Assembly (NCBI RefSeq): GCF_036321535.1
Contig: NC_087436.1
Coordinates: forward strand, 33,730,001 to 33,794,000
Direction: 5' to 3'
Length of the DNA: 64,000 nt
Source of the DNA: Camelus dromedarius
Taxonomy: Eukaryota
This document shows, in pieces, positions 13,851 to 27,849 of this stretch. The notes under the pieces are model-generated. The model was not told where the DNA came from, ran no database searches, and saw only the letters and a program-made list of their open reading frames with translations. The first letter of the stretch is position 1; each line of letters begins with the position of its first letter. The translations under genes were made by a program, and so were the position numbers.

Positions 13851-15349
13851 AAAAAAAAAAAATTAGAGACATAAGGGGACAGATTAAGAGAAAAGGACAG
13901 AAGATGCAGAGATAGGGAAGTCAACATCTCTGACTTACACTGGAATGGAGCCTAAGATAGTCAGCCTATAGACTGATTTAATTTTAAGCGGTTTGAAGCA
14001 CAAGGACTTATTAAAATTAAAACGCGGGATGAAATAGGAAGAAAATGAAAATACAAAGACCTGCTGTAGAGACTGGCTGCCACGGGCCTCGACTGCAGAG
14101 CTTGCTGGCTTGAGCAGCTACAGCCCTATTTTCCCAAAGTTAAAACAGTTTGTTTCTAAGAACAAGTTTAGTCTCCCTGGTTTCTGGGAGGCACCTTGAC
14201 CTTATATATTAAGTAAATATAAGAACTCCCATCAAATTCTCTAGAACAAAACCTGTCTGACTCTAATTTTACATCTGTTCTGCTTAAGGGACTTGTGTCA
14301 TATTCCTCAAACCTAGTCCTCATATCTTCCCCAGTATGAGGGAGGAGCTCTCTGTTCCTCCGTAAAATTTCAGTCACTTTTACAGCTCAAGAACCAGTTT
14401 TGTCTGCCCCTGTGGCCAATTCCTGCTACTCAGCAGCTCCTCATGGAAGAACCCTGTCGTTTCGTGTCACTTTGCCCAGCTACCTAGTTGTAAAATCATG
14501 TAGTCCTGGACTTCCAGTAGGTGTCGGGGAAATCCCTTGTTAGTCCTTCTCTGATGCCATGTTCTGTTGCTATTTGTTTTAAATAATATGTTATGCCTGC
14601 CAGGTGTGATTTCTACCTGCAGTTTTATCTACCCCCAAAGACTTGTTCTATGTGAATATTCATCTGCATCCAGTTTGAAAAGAGGGTGATTTTAGGCCAC
14701 TTTAAGAGTATGCACAACAATGGTCAGTAAAATGACCATTTTTCCCCACCGCCCCACAAGAGCACCCACGTTCCACAGGCATCTCGGAGACTGAATTGCA
14801 AAATGCTGCCACCAGAGGAACTGCCTACCCATAAACACCCCCAGAGTAAACTGTATGCGGTCACTGTAGAGCCACTGTCCCACTCCTCCTCCAGAACTCT
14901 ACCCAATTCAACCCCTTTCTCCCAAGACACCATCATCAAGGTAACTCTCCATCAGATTGCTCTATATTAGTATCTATAGGTCTGTGTAGGAACAGAGGAT
15001 CTAGAAACCCCTATATCTTATCTTCTTTCCCCTAGTGCTTGGAAGTGGGTAGAACATTGATCCAGCTGCTGGGCTTGGGGCTGGAGTAGAAATGATATGT
15101 AAAGAACACTAGTGTTGAACGGTAGTTCTGACCTGAATCCGAATTTCAGGCAAGTTTCCATAGAAGCACTGCTGTATATGTATTTATTATTTAGTCATTC
15201 AATATATATTTTTTGTGTACTAACCATGAACCAAGCACCATTTGAAATAACAATTTAAGTACTATTTTTTTCACTTAGTTTAAATTATACATTTAATAGG
15301 CACTGGTGAATAAGAAATCTAATCACTATTCTGGTACAACTTCTTAGAG

Positions 15350-17555
15350 AAAATTCAATACAAGTTCCAACAGTCAGGCCATCACAGACTTACCAGAATG
15401 CTTCTGCAACAGCACTCCAACTTAAACTGTGAGTCAGGGTGGCTTCATGACCTGGAGGTATATCCTCGTGCCCATGTATTGATACCTAATGTCATAAGTA
15501 GTTTACCACTAAAGAAACCCATGCCAAAGGCCTGCTGCCACTAGGCTCTGCCTTGGTGGATTTCTCTCTTCTAGAGGGTCCCCAAATATTGAGACTCCTG
15601 CACATGTCAGGAGATAGTCGTTCCCATTCACCTAATAAGGCTGCTCAGAACTCAAGAATCTCCCAATTTCTGGAGGGACCAAGCAGAGAGAAAAGAAAGA
15701 TGTTTCAATTCTATCCACAGCTGTAGTTTACCAAACTGCTCTAAGTTATAACTAACTTGAGTGGAAGGCTTCCCTATATCTGGAAAACACAGATCAAAAC
15801 CAGTAATATTCCAGACAAAAACCATACAGGTTATAACCGTATTCACCAGTTCACTCAGTAACCAATCCTTTTGTTAACTTTTTATGAAGCCATCAGGTTT
15901 TCCTTTAGGATTTTTTAATTTCTTATCCATTTCAGCAGTATGATCTGAAATTTATCAGAGACCTGTACTTGTCAAAAGGTCCTTCCTATGAATCTTCCTT
16001 AAGATAAAGCACTTTTGCAAAAGCATCAAACTACCACAACAACTGTCTATGTTTGACAAAAGCCTTAAAAGGGCACAGTTAAACATTCAATCACAGTGTA
16101 ATCAGTGAAGAAACTTGGTTACAATAACTAGATTTATGATTGATTATAATCTTAACCCTTAGAAACCTTAATGCCTGGCAAAAACCAAGGAGCAAGTAAT
16201 TGTGAACCGTTTGTCACACAAGTATTTCCTGATTGGAAAACTTATGCTTTCATCCTCCTCTCCTAAGAAGGCAAAGACAGGTAAACTTAGACCCATTCAG
16301 CAGTTAATGTTCCAGTATTTTATTCTATTTGAAATGATGCAGATAGTCAATGAATTCTCTTCATTTAACTTAGGTTAGTTCCAAGTTACCAAAACCTGCA
16401 GAGACCATTTTAGATAGACATTCCCCAAACATAATTATTCCTACAGAGTTGACCTAAAAGCTCTTTTCTCATTTACATTTGCTTAAAGTTTCATCATATC
16501 AAGTTATTTCCCTTGCTGGCAAATCTGCAACAGATATAATAAGGTCTCATTTGAACTCTAGCAAACCTAGGTACAACAGAATTATACTTCATATTGATAA
16601 CTCTAAAGACATGTCTTATTAATCAAACCAACAAGCTTAAGTAGCTTCAATACCAGATATCCACTCAGTACTGAGTATTTCCAGGACCACATGAAACTGA
16701 ATTTCATTCTGGCAGTTTCTTTTATATTCCTGAGAATTTATATAAGGCACTTGATTTCTTTTAAGCCAATTAAACAGAACTCATCCACAAACCAATCTTG
16801 GCCACGCCATTTGGGGGCAGAGACATTCTATTTATAAGGTACACATAGACATACATGTACCTATACAGACACAGATCTCAGTTTTCCTGCTAGAGTTTAG
16901 AAAAGCTTTTCCGCTTCACTCTCAGGTAGATCATTTACATCCCAAAGGCCCAGGAAGAGAAACACTAATCCCTCCTAGAAAACTAACTTCCTTCAATGGC
17001 ATATGCAAAAACCAGTTTTAGAATGTCAAAAGATTCCCGTATTGGCCATTTTCAGGATTTTTTTTCAGTTTCAAAATAGCAATTCAATTTAAACCATTAA
17101 CAGTAATAGACAATGATACGTAGCATTCACTCACATTCAAATGCCTCACTTTCAGAGCTATCAACAGCTATCAACATTCAAGTTAACCTTTGCTTCAACT
17201 GTTAGCTTAGGCCCTGCGGCCTTTCTTACTACAAAAATCAAGAGCCAGCCCAAAGCCGACGCCACCACCTTGTGCTAACTCCTTTTTTCTCACTGTAACA
17301 GCGACCAGTATCTGCACAACAGCCTTAGGGGTATTTGTGAGTTCTCCTTACTCTCTTGGGGCCCCCATTCATCAAGGACAGCCACCATGAGGTCCCATAT
17401 GCTAGTAGACATTCCCACAATTTCCAGGGTTATTCTCACAACTTTCAGGCCCCATCTGTTAGCTGACGATCCCCCCCCCCCCCAGCTTTCTACTCCCCAT
17501 CCCTTATTTCCCAGTACGCGCGAGTCTCCTGAGTCTCCTGACTGGCTCTGCCAAT
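15350..17555 (-). mobile_element. ERV1-type internal region (leader and non-coding interior)
   Basis: Directly follows the LTR and PBS on the minus strand. The interior resembles non-coding MER4-group internal sequence, and no gag/pol ORF is visible. Confidence 0.65.
17535..17553 (-). other. Primer binding site, tRNA-Arg(ACG)-like
   Basis: Minus strand TGGCAGAGCCAGTCAGGAG, 2 nt after the LTR CA end. The canonical Arg PBS is TGGCGAGCCAGCCAGGAG (1 insertion, 1 mismatch). Confidence 0.75.
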
Positions 17556-18028
17556 TGTTGAGCTGCAGCCCGCAGGCCTACCAGTCCTGTACCTGCCTTT
17601 CCTCAAGGTCGAAGAGCGAGGCTGGAGTCCGCGACAGGGGCATCAATAGTTTAATAGATGGAGACACTTACACGTCCGCAGCAAGGTCCTGGAGAGACGC
17701 CTCACTGCGTGCGGCGCAGGCGCAGATCAGCCGGAAGGACGCGGTAGCAGCTGTTGCTCCCGAGGAGGAGGAGTCTTCGCCAGTTACATGCGGAATTGAC
17801 GTCAGGTTGGCTCATCAGTCACCAGTGAAATCAGCTGAGGAGCATGCCCCTCTGATAAACTATCACGCTGGAGATGTTCTTAAGTAAAGGTTCAATGATC
17901 ACCACCTGGGGCAGGGCACGTATGTAGGAAGGTAAGTCACGTGAGTAGGGTGCAGGTGAAGCAGGAACGGTCTTAAAGGGGAGATACAGAGAGCAAGAGA
18001 ACAGCCACCTTGGGTAGCCTGATCCACA
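17556..18028 (-). mobile_element. Young ERV1 5' LTR
   Basis: Minus strand TGTGGATC...CTCAACA ends, ATTAAA at 17655-17650, about 23 CpG in 473 bp, adjacent PBS. Confidence 0.85.
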
Positions 18029-21000
18029 AACCAGTAGAGTAGTTTAGACATTATTTAAATTATATAGGCCCACCATTGGAAAACAACTTCCAATTTACCC
18101 TAAGCATTCTTTAAAAAGCCCATTTGTTGGTAGACAGAAGGCTAAAACTCCATGTATGACAGGGTTGTAAATATTTCTACTCAGAAAATGAAATCAAGAC
18201 TCAACTCTAGTTGGGGAGAACATGCCAACTTTAAGAGAGGTTGAAGTTTTGCACGGCCTACTTATCACTGGTTTCCTAAATGACCTAGGGTAAATAGAAA
18301 CAGCCTTTTCATGTGGCTGCTCTGATTAAAGCAAGGTCTGTAAGTTGGCAGTCTATCATCTGAAATTTCAAAGCATAAGTGGAAGCTGGGGTTTCTTTTC
18401 CTTTCAAAAAATCCCCCTACTCTTTATACGTGGTCTATCTGAGTAGCTGGCATACAGATATAAAAATCACTGGGCAGTAATCAGGAGTGCAGTGGTCCTT
18501 ATGGCAGGCATCAACTCGGTTACTGCCAGGTCTTTGAACTACAAAAATAAATAGAGAATAGAAGTGCATTGTATTGGCCAAGCCTGAGGCCCAGTCATCT
18601 GTCTTGGAACATGCTCTGGTGAGAGTGTTTAACTTGGATTCCTTCCATCACATGTGGTAGCTGCAAGAGTGAAAAAGGAGAGGAAAAGAACAATGTTAGG
18701 TGGTATATTTAATAGCATGTTGGCTTAACAATTCTCAGGAAACTGTTACTTCTATTTTTCTCTGAGCGGCCAGAGTTTATGTACTTCGCTGGGATTCTGA
18801 ATGGGTGGGTATATACTTTAGACAACATGGTTCTAGTCCCTCCACCCTTTTCCATTGTTTTCCAAAGGGCTTAAATAACAAGCATAGCTATTTCCCCAAA
18901 ACACTATCTCCTGAAGGAAGCTAGCTAGAGCAACTCACAGGACAGTACTTTTTGGTATTCAGTTTCACCAGCAGCCTTGACATCCCTGAATTAATGGGCC
19001 TCTTTCACTCTAAACCTGAGAGTTTGAAATTTGTGGTAACTTGATGTTTGTTGTTTTTGGCTAAATTATTCTCTTCTCATTCTTTTCAAGGCCAATGTAA
19101 CACAAACTAAAACAATTTAGGCTCCCTTTGCCTTTTTATTCTTCTAAGTTTTCTACAATAAGAAAGGAGAACCCTTAATTAACCACACTGTGCCCATAAT
19201 AGAAAATTGATTAAAAAAAAATACCTGTGGCTAAAGGAGTAGATTCTTTGTAAAGACAGTGAATTACTCAGCTGTTCTGTATTAGAAGAAATTTTGCTTG
19301 TTTTCACAGCTGAATTATCTTGCTTTTTATATTATTAGGGAGAGTACTAAGAAAATCAAATATGAGATTTTCACGGGATTTTAAAGAAAAAAAATCACAG
19401 CTTCTAACAGTTAAGTTTTTAGTTGCTAGCACATTTTTTTCTAGATCATGCAGCACATACTTTGTAACCCTCATGAAAGAGCATAAAATAAATATGTCAA
19501 GGCTTCCTGTAGAAATTCATTCATTCAGCATTGCCAAAATAAGGGAAGTTGTTAGCTTTGCCCAGACAGATGGTAAGATAAATTTATGAGCAAAATTCTA
19601 TAAAAATACCAAGTTTATGGGGCCATGTATCAGAAATGAGAGATTTTTATGTTATATTGACTTTTTTTTTAAACTCTGGATCAACAATTGTATGAAAATT
19701 GATGAAATATATTATATACAGTAGAAATTTTCTTGGGGTGATGGTTGGTCTTAATTATATTTGCCACAATTTGTATAAAACATGAATAACTTTCTAGCCA
19801 GCATTATAAGCTAGTTTTACAATATTCTTTGAAAAAAACACAATAATACAGAAATACATTCTTTATGTTTTAAAATCATTCTAAACTGATGCAGTTTTAA
19901 TGTCATATTTAAAATACTTATTCATTCAGTCAGTCAACCAAAAGGATCTACCGTGGACTAGGTTCTGCTTCTGTGTCCTGGACATAGAGCACCGAGAAAA
20001 TACAGCTGTGGCATTCCTGAACTTATGTAGTTTAGATGACAAAAGTAATCCTGATTATAGTAAGCAATCTGAAAGGATTTCATTGATAAACACTGTAATT
20101 AAGTTTGGCAAAATAGTTTATGGGAAGGACGAAAATCTATTTTGGATTTTACTATGTAAAGAAACGATGCTTTGGATGAATGAGAAATACTGGTCTCAAT
20201 AATAATAGTAATTACTATTTGTGAAAAAGAAAATGAAGTGTCAAAATATTTTATATCCCTTTAGCTTATACATTTTTTCATGATTTTTCAATCTTTTAAT
20301 TCAAGATTTTGTTTAGAAATTTAGGATCTCAACATAATAGTCATTTAAAAAAACTCTTGACGTACATACCTGGTGATATGAGCTTTACTCAAAACCATTA
20401 TTCAAAGCCTAATTCCCCATAAGAACAATGCAATATATGGGTTACACTTCTGGAAAAAAACTAAATAGCTTATTCTACTATTAAATAATGAGAAACATTA
20501 AAATAAAACTTGGAGGTAAGTATTGTTTAGGAAAAGTATTCCACAGTTTATGAGGTTGATGTTAATTTAAGACTAGGTGCAACAACTAGGCATTTTTGTT
20601 CTTTGCTAAAAACTATCCTTATTAGAGAGCCAAATTTAGTTAACTTTTTAAAGACATAATGAGTCAAAGACTATGCAAAAGAAATGCTGCAGTACAATTT
20701 ACTTTGAAGACATTATCCTCACTGTGTAGGGCATCAGTCAAAATTTCTCAATAGGACTGCACTTCAACATCAGTGCGTTTGACAAGGTAACACAGTCGAA
20801 GAGGAGCTGATGCATAGCTGCATTCTTACTGGGTAGCTTGTGTTTTTTTTTAAGTCATATATTCTTTTCAAATCATATGTGAAGTAGACTGTACAGAGGC
20901 TCTCACGTGTAATCTTACTGACCTCTTAATGATGAATTTTAATTCTATCATGCAGCATGAAGTTCTGTTACTTCACATATTCAGAATTTTCTTCTCACCT

Positions 21001-22699
21001 ATACTCTGAACTTAGAAATCAGTTTCCATTTCCCCTAACTGGGTTAGTTGAACTTCTTTTCTCTTATTGTCACTTATGCAGCAATGGATAAGAGAAAATG
21101 GAAACTGGTACAATAACAGCAACTGTAACAGCAACTATCCCTGTCTTACAAAAATAAGAAAATTATTAGATCTCCTGAGGTAAAGCCTCAAAGCAAAGAA
21201 ATTTCCAAAAGTGCTGCTTTTGAGGGGTTTAACAGGCTGATTATGTCGTCCAAGAACACTCTAGATTAACTACCTCGGAAATCCCTATCTTCCTCCTTTT
21301 CAATGTGTTTAACCGTCAACTGCTAAATTTAAATTCTCACATACCCACTGACGTATGGTAGTACCTTACATTTTCTGAACCTCAAACAGAAATATAATTA
21401 AACTTTAAATGGAATCTATTCCATATAGTAGGAAATTTATAAAGTTTTGTTCTCCAAATAAATATAGCAAAGTCTGCTACTCAGAAATTTTCTTTTTTTA
21501 ATATTCTGTGACAGAAGTTGGGCAGCTGGCTAATTGGGCTTACTTAAAGATATACAGCAAGACTGAGGTCAAATAGATTCTGCAAGTGAGTGATGTGAAA
21601 GGTAGAAAAAATAAATTATTTGGGGTTCTAGTACAGAAGTATACTGCCTCAATATATAAAGCTTGCTGGTATGAGAAGATTTCTAAAACTTCAAAATAGG
21701 CAAAAGAGATTACTGAGTGTTCTTTCAGTAATGTGCTGGACTTGCATTTTTGATTGATTTTTCTATTGATTGAGCTATTTTACAAATCTTTAGGGACCGA
21801 GGTCAATTTGCATATTCTTCTTTTGATGGTTATACAAATACTTTCTGTCCTGTGGAAAAATTAACCTCAAAGGGTATGGTTTATTGCCCTGCATGGACAC
21901 TAACCAGTTTTGTATTTAATATCCTTGCCCTGACATTCCTTTATTTAATGGCTCGTACTTCATTTTTCAAACGTTCTTTGCCTGGTTTCAACATTCTACT
22001 GATTAATTAATAAATGAGTTAAGTAAAATTTTTGACAGATGTTCGTTTTATATTTGCCTGAGAGTCATGATTTTACCTTTTGAAATGTACATTTTATCAT
22101 TGCTAAGAGGATCCAAAATGATTTGCTTGTTAACAATCTTCAAAGAGCTCAGAAGAAAGACTAGACTTAATCTGCAGTGCTGGTAATAAACTCCCCAAAT
22201 TTTGTGATAATAAAAGTTGATTTCATTGTATAAAATATACAAAGTAGTAAACTGAAGACTATTTTGTTTAGCTAAATTAGTTATCAAATTATTAATGGAT
22301 CTTCTTTCTTAAGGATGTTCCTCCTTTAATAACCTGTGCAATATAGAGATAATATACTACCACAGGATATTATACTATTCTTGAGACTAAAACAATGTCT
22401 TTTTCATTTTCCAGTTCCCAATGTTTCCCACAATGCTTACCTACGAAGATGTGTAGCGAATGTTGAATTTTAGGGTTTTCTTTTTCAAAATAAAAATGTT
22501 TTTAGTAAAGTAAAATAAAATCTCTCAAATGTTTCCATTTATGAGACTACTTGGGATTCAAATCTGCCAAAAATATTTTCCAAATACAGTGAATTGAAAA
22601 TACAAAATTTTTATTTAGCTTATCTATATACATCTTAACTATAATAATTACTTTCTGACATTTGTCATAAGTGAAAAGAGAAAGCAAAATGACATTAGG

Positions 22700-22840
22700 C
22701 TGCTTTAGAAACTAGCTTTGCCACTAGCATGAGGTATGAATATAGATGTTTCACTTCTCTTTGCCTCAGTGTACTGAACTCTAAAATGAGACATGGGGGA
22801 AGAACTTTTCTAAAGTTTCTTCCCTGCCTAAAAATCTACT
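22700..22840 (+). mobile_element. MIR remnant
   Basis: cacttctctttgcctcagtgtactgaactctaaaatgag core. Confidence 0.5.
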
Positions 22841-23222
22841 AAGTTATGTTGATACCTACAGTATTTTGACCCTGTCCAGTGACAGCAGCATTCTGATTGT
22901 CAACTCTTCTGTTTTAGATAAAGTTTAAGAAGAGTTTAATGTTTATCATGAAGCAGGATAAATTAAGCATTTTCTGTTTTGTGTGTGTTATTAAAATATT
23001 TTAAACAAAACAAAAAAGTAACAAAAATGTCACCAGTTTCCTGTAGTGTACATCACAAGGTTGTCTGAGAACTGATGTGCAGGGTCTTCAGAGCACAGTC
23101 TCATTCAGTCTGTAGGACTGCAGGTACAGAAGACCACCGGCAACATTCCTGGAGAAAGCACAAGGAAACAGCACAACAGATTCCTAGGTGTTTGTTTGGT
23201 TTCTTTTTTTTTTTTTTAATGG

Positions 23223-23225
<3 letters not shown>

Positions 23226-23258
<33 letters not shown>
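23226..23258 (+). repeat. (TG)n microsatellite
   Basis: Perfect dinucleotide run. Confidence 0.95.
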
Positions 23259-23260
<2 letters not shown>

Positions 23261-24660
23261 GTGAACATTTTCCCCTCTGATGATTTTGTGAGGTGACTGT
23301 GTTCAGGATGAAAAATTTTCATGACATGAAGGAAAAATTGCCAGACCTAACATGAAACCTGAGCTGCAGGCAACTTCAATTCTAACCAGCTCTAAACCAG
23401 AAATAGGCCTATCGAAAATGTTTCACAGACTGAACTAATATAAATATCAGTCTTTGGTTCCTGCCATACATAAACCAAGTGGCTATAAAGTCCTAGAAAA
23501 TAAATATTCCACAGGGAGTTTAGGATTTTTAAATACTGATATTCTAAAAAGGGTTTAGCTCTTAGTGTGCAAGTTTTGTTGTCAGGATTTTTTCCTAACT
23601 TTGCAGTGCTGAAAAAGTAAATTATATACTATATGTTATTTTCCCCTTTTTATTTTAAATTTGTCTCCTCTCTGATGAAGCTTATTTTACAACTACAAGA
23701 GTTTCTTTAAATTTTTCTAAGGTTAATTTTTAATATTATTTGGGGTTACATTTTAAAATCCAGCTCTATTTAACCACTTAACAATGAAAACGGGGCTTAT
23801 GTACATTTCTCTATTTTTCTTCCAAATTTAATTCTAGTAGTCCTGTCAGAAATGCCTTACCCACTCTTCCTTTTAGGGATTTAGTCCTGGGGTAAAGATT
23901 ACCTGCCCATCCTTGTTCTCGAACCATTAAATATAACTGATTTGCCTACAGGGACCACCTATCTCTGCCTCTTCTATACAGTGAATAAGAAGATTGTTTA
24001 TGTAAATGGTGTGCATATGGACAAAAAACACACATACCCAACCCCGCTAAGCTATGTGAAATTCAGAGATCTGGTTTCACAAATCCTTAAACTGAAGCTG
24101 AATACAGGACAAAGCTCAAACCACTAGGCCTCTGGTCATTTCTGCTCCAAAACATACAGGCTTTTTGTTTTGTTTTGTTTTGTTTTCCAAATGTAGCCCA
24201 GGTTTCCTAGGAACTTGTTCTACCTACTGTAATCCATGGTGAACCAGGAAAGGGAGAGCTGCGTGTACTTTCTAACCTCTAATGTGTAATTTAATTCTTA
24301 TTTATAAATCCCTATGTGTGCATTGTCTAGGGAACAATAAAAGATAAACCTTTCACATCCTCCCTTCCATTAGATATCTCCTTTAATCATTCTTAAACCT
24401 TAAGCACATTTCTCCTGAATGATGAGTTTTAATTCATTTTTCACAGCCTTAGAACACATTCACATTTTGCATCTAAAGAACATTAGAAAATAAATTATTT
24501 ACAAAATCCACAGTCATTCAGACCACCATTTTAAACTTGGGGCCAGAATATTATCATTCATAGTTAGAAACTTAAGAAAAATGCATTTCTACCTAGCCAA
24601 ATTACTCAATCCAGAACAAGACAAACCATTACTTTTGAGTCTAATTCTAATATCTTGCTG

Positions 24661-24724
24661 AAAAACAAAACAAAACAAAACAAACAACAAAAAACACCCA
24701 AAACAAAAACAAAACCAAAAACAA
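24661..24724 (+). repeat. (AAAAC)n imperfect repeat
   Basis: Seen directly. Confidence 0.85.
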
Positions 24725-25464
24725 ATGAAACATTTGTATGGAATACTTTGTTCATAGTGTTATTTTGGTTTTTTCCTTAAGTAAGTCATGATGTCTTACA
24801 TAATTGTTATACAGTTTCAATTAATTATGTATGCGTTAATAGAATTGCTTTGGCCTGCAATTGATAACTGCAGTGAAAGAAGGACAAGATTTCTATCTTT
24901 GCTGTTGCTGTTGAGTGATCAGATCCTCTTTTCAGTTGTGTTGTTTGTTATGCTTTCCTTTTTGTGGATCAATCAACTCAAATTTTCTACTGCATTTACT
25001 AGCCATTTTCAAGTTTTTTAAAAGCAGTGCTCACCTAGTGGTCATAGAGTGTCCAAGGAGGAGGAATGACCTTGAGGGTAAAGGCAGTGGTTACAGTGCT
25101 GTCCTCTGTCTTCCCTGCTGCAAGTCCACTCACCCGAACCACACAACCCACAAGGTTATGTTCATGTCAGTCCACCCACACACGTTCAGAGCTGGGCTTT
25201 AGAAGAGCTCTAGAGCTCAGTGCGATAATGTGCCAGCACTTAAAAGCCAGAGCTCTTTCTTGTCCCACCACACCAGGCTGCTGCTCTCTGGGGCCCTGGA
25301 GCATCCTGATGAGATTCCCTCTCCTCCCATACAACAAAAACTGCCACAAGGTTGCATGTAGAATTCATGATTTCCCCATTAAAAACAGGTTCAGAATTAG
25401 CTTAGTTTGCCAGGGCCTTAAATATTTTGGTTGTTCATGTCAGTCTAAACACTAATCCTGAGGT

Positions 25465-25628
25465 TCAGTCATGACCCTTCAGTTTTAGGGAGCATAAAAA
25501 TCACCTGGAATATTGGTAAATAATGCAGATCCTATGCCCACCACCAGGATCTCAGGTAGGGCCCATGAATGTGTGTTTTATAATGATTCTGATGCAGATT
25601 GGCTCCTGGAAAGCCACACTTAAAAAAT
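25465..25628. mobile_element. MER5A-like hAT-Charlie MITE
   Basis: gcataaaaatcacctgga...atgcagatcc...gggccc...tgattctgatgcag...ccacactt pattern. Confidence 0.7.
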
Positions 25629-26660
25629 AAACAAACAAAACTTCTGCATTATCAATCCCATTTCACAGATAAGGGAGCACAGAGTCAGTATTATTTCCCA
25701 AACTGGTAATAAACATAGATCTATCTGGCTCCAAAGTTGATACTTTCAAAAATATATAAAAATATTTCTAGATTTATGGATTTCTCCTCACGCACGGGTC
25801 TTCTATTTTACAACGTACCTTAGAAGGAGCCAGCAACCTGATTGTTCACATGGAATTACCTACTTTAATCATATCTGCTTAGTCTTTTGACTGAACTATT
25901 TGACTGAACTGATCCATCTTTGAGTCTGAAGCTTTGCTGAAATAGAGGTGAAGCTCATAAGGTAAGTTTTGTGACTGAACTTAATGCTATAGTTTTAATT
26001 AATCTAAATTAAATAACACACATACACAGGCACACAGAGGGAAATAAGGCATACAGTTGCCACAGGTAAAACAGTCTCAAAGAACAGTAACTAGGCATTA
26101 AGTCAGGAAAATTGAACAAACCACATCTTCCTATTCAAGTTTTACTGAACAGTGGACATATTTTACCGCTCTGACACTGTGAAATTTAGAGTTTAGGCTC
26201 TTTGAATATCACTACAGACAGTTCATACATATCCTTCCAGATCTTTGAGAGGAGAGGATCAAGAAAATGTTAACCACAGACCTAAAAGGAGAATATTTTT
26301 GGTAAAGACCTGTATTAGAATATAAAAACATTCATGATCTCATAAATGAGAAATGCACGTACTCAGGTTCAGACTTGTCTTACTGCTCTAGGTGTCTTGG
26401 GTAGGCATCTTCACTGAGTCAGGCCTCCGTGCTTGGTTATGGATTGGAGTGTCTAGGCTTCTAGAAGCTCCTAAGTGTTTGATAATCTCTCCGACACCAA
26501 AATAAATTCCTTGATTTGGTTGTAGTCATTTGCATATGGTATATAACATTGTATTTTTTATATCTGAACTTAATATTAATTCCATTTCATGATACACCTG
26601 TATTTGAAAGAGGAAAGATTATGAAAAACTTCTAAGAACAAAATGCTCCCCCCTACACTT

Positions 26661-26685
26661 ACACACACACACACACACACACACA
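26661..26685 (+). repeat. (AC)n microsatellite
   Basis: Perfect run. Confidence 0.95.
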
Positions 26686-27849
26686 ACTTTGAAAGTATAA
26701 ACATGAACCATTATTCTACTTTATAGAGTGAGTTATTTTGCAGTGTGGGTTTAAGTACCTTTAAAAGACTGTTTCCATTTTATTAATAAATCTTTTCCTG
26801 AGAAACAAAACTAATAATAAATTTTGGAAAATAACTTTCTTTATAATCAGTCATGTTGACTGTTAGCACTCGTAACATTTACTTCTACCAATTCAACACA
26901 TATTTAGTCTGAGTCCAACTTGATCGTTTTCCCTTTTAACCTTGGGCTGCACATAATCTGAAGTCATGAGCCGGGTTTAACAAGAGTATTGTGGAGAAGT
27001 TTAAAAAGCATACTCCTTTCCCTTTACTTGTTTATGCTGCCAAATATGTTGTTGTTTGGCCAATAGTCTGCAAAATGAATATACTTATTTGTGATGTCAT
27101 TCTCTGGGACACTGTCATACAGTTCTTATCTGATCCTTTCTGCAGGAAAGCTTCAAAATGAATACATTAATGTGTTGACCATTTAGTACTATGATTTTAA
27201 AATAATTCACTGATACTTGATTTCAACTCTCCTAGAACACATTAAATTTGTCTTGGTGGTTTTTAAGTTTATTCTGTTTATTCTTTGTGTTCCTGCTCTT
27301 GAGTTTTTTGTATTTTTTTTTTCCCCTTCTGGAACAATTCCATTTTAATTTAAAACACTGGAGCAATGGCTCTGGATCTCAAAATGTGTACATTGACTTC
27401 CAGATGATAATCTGGTTAAAAGTTAAAGTGGTTTTATGTATGGTGTGATTTGTAACAGTGTTTATAATCATGCATTTTATTATACTGTAAGTGTTCTCTT
27501 AGCATTTTGTGATTTTTTAACATTAGATTTTTTTAATAAAATTGGATTAGATTTAAATGTAAACTGTATTCTATCAGATCAAAGAAAAGAATGGAGTATA
27601 TGATAAACATTCCATCTGGTGAGCATTGAGAGAGAATTGCAAGTAATTTGCAAGCAGTCTCAGTGGAATTAAGGAACAAACAAGGCTAAAAAGACATGCA
27701 CTTGTATAGGTCGTATAGAATTAAGTACAATTCAGTGCTTCCCAATTACTTTTGCTGCCGGTCTGGTTCTTTCTCACACATCTTAATCAAGAATGGTGTT
27801 TCCTCTCTTGAACAGAATTGTATTTTATCTTTCCACTTCATATAATCTC

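Noticed and set aside
17387..17887. 166-aa plus-strand ORF
   Set aside because: It lies antisense across the LTR and leader; it is open because the sequence is GC-rich and has no recognisable domain.
24788..25455. Overlapping 77-129 aa ORFs
   Set aside because: No recognisable homology or exon structure; consistent with chance.
25886..25981. Three copies of TGACTGAACT
   Set aside because: Irregular spacing; explained by a local slippage duplication, not an array.
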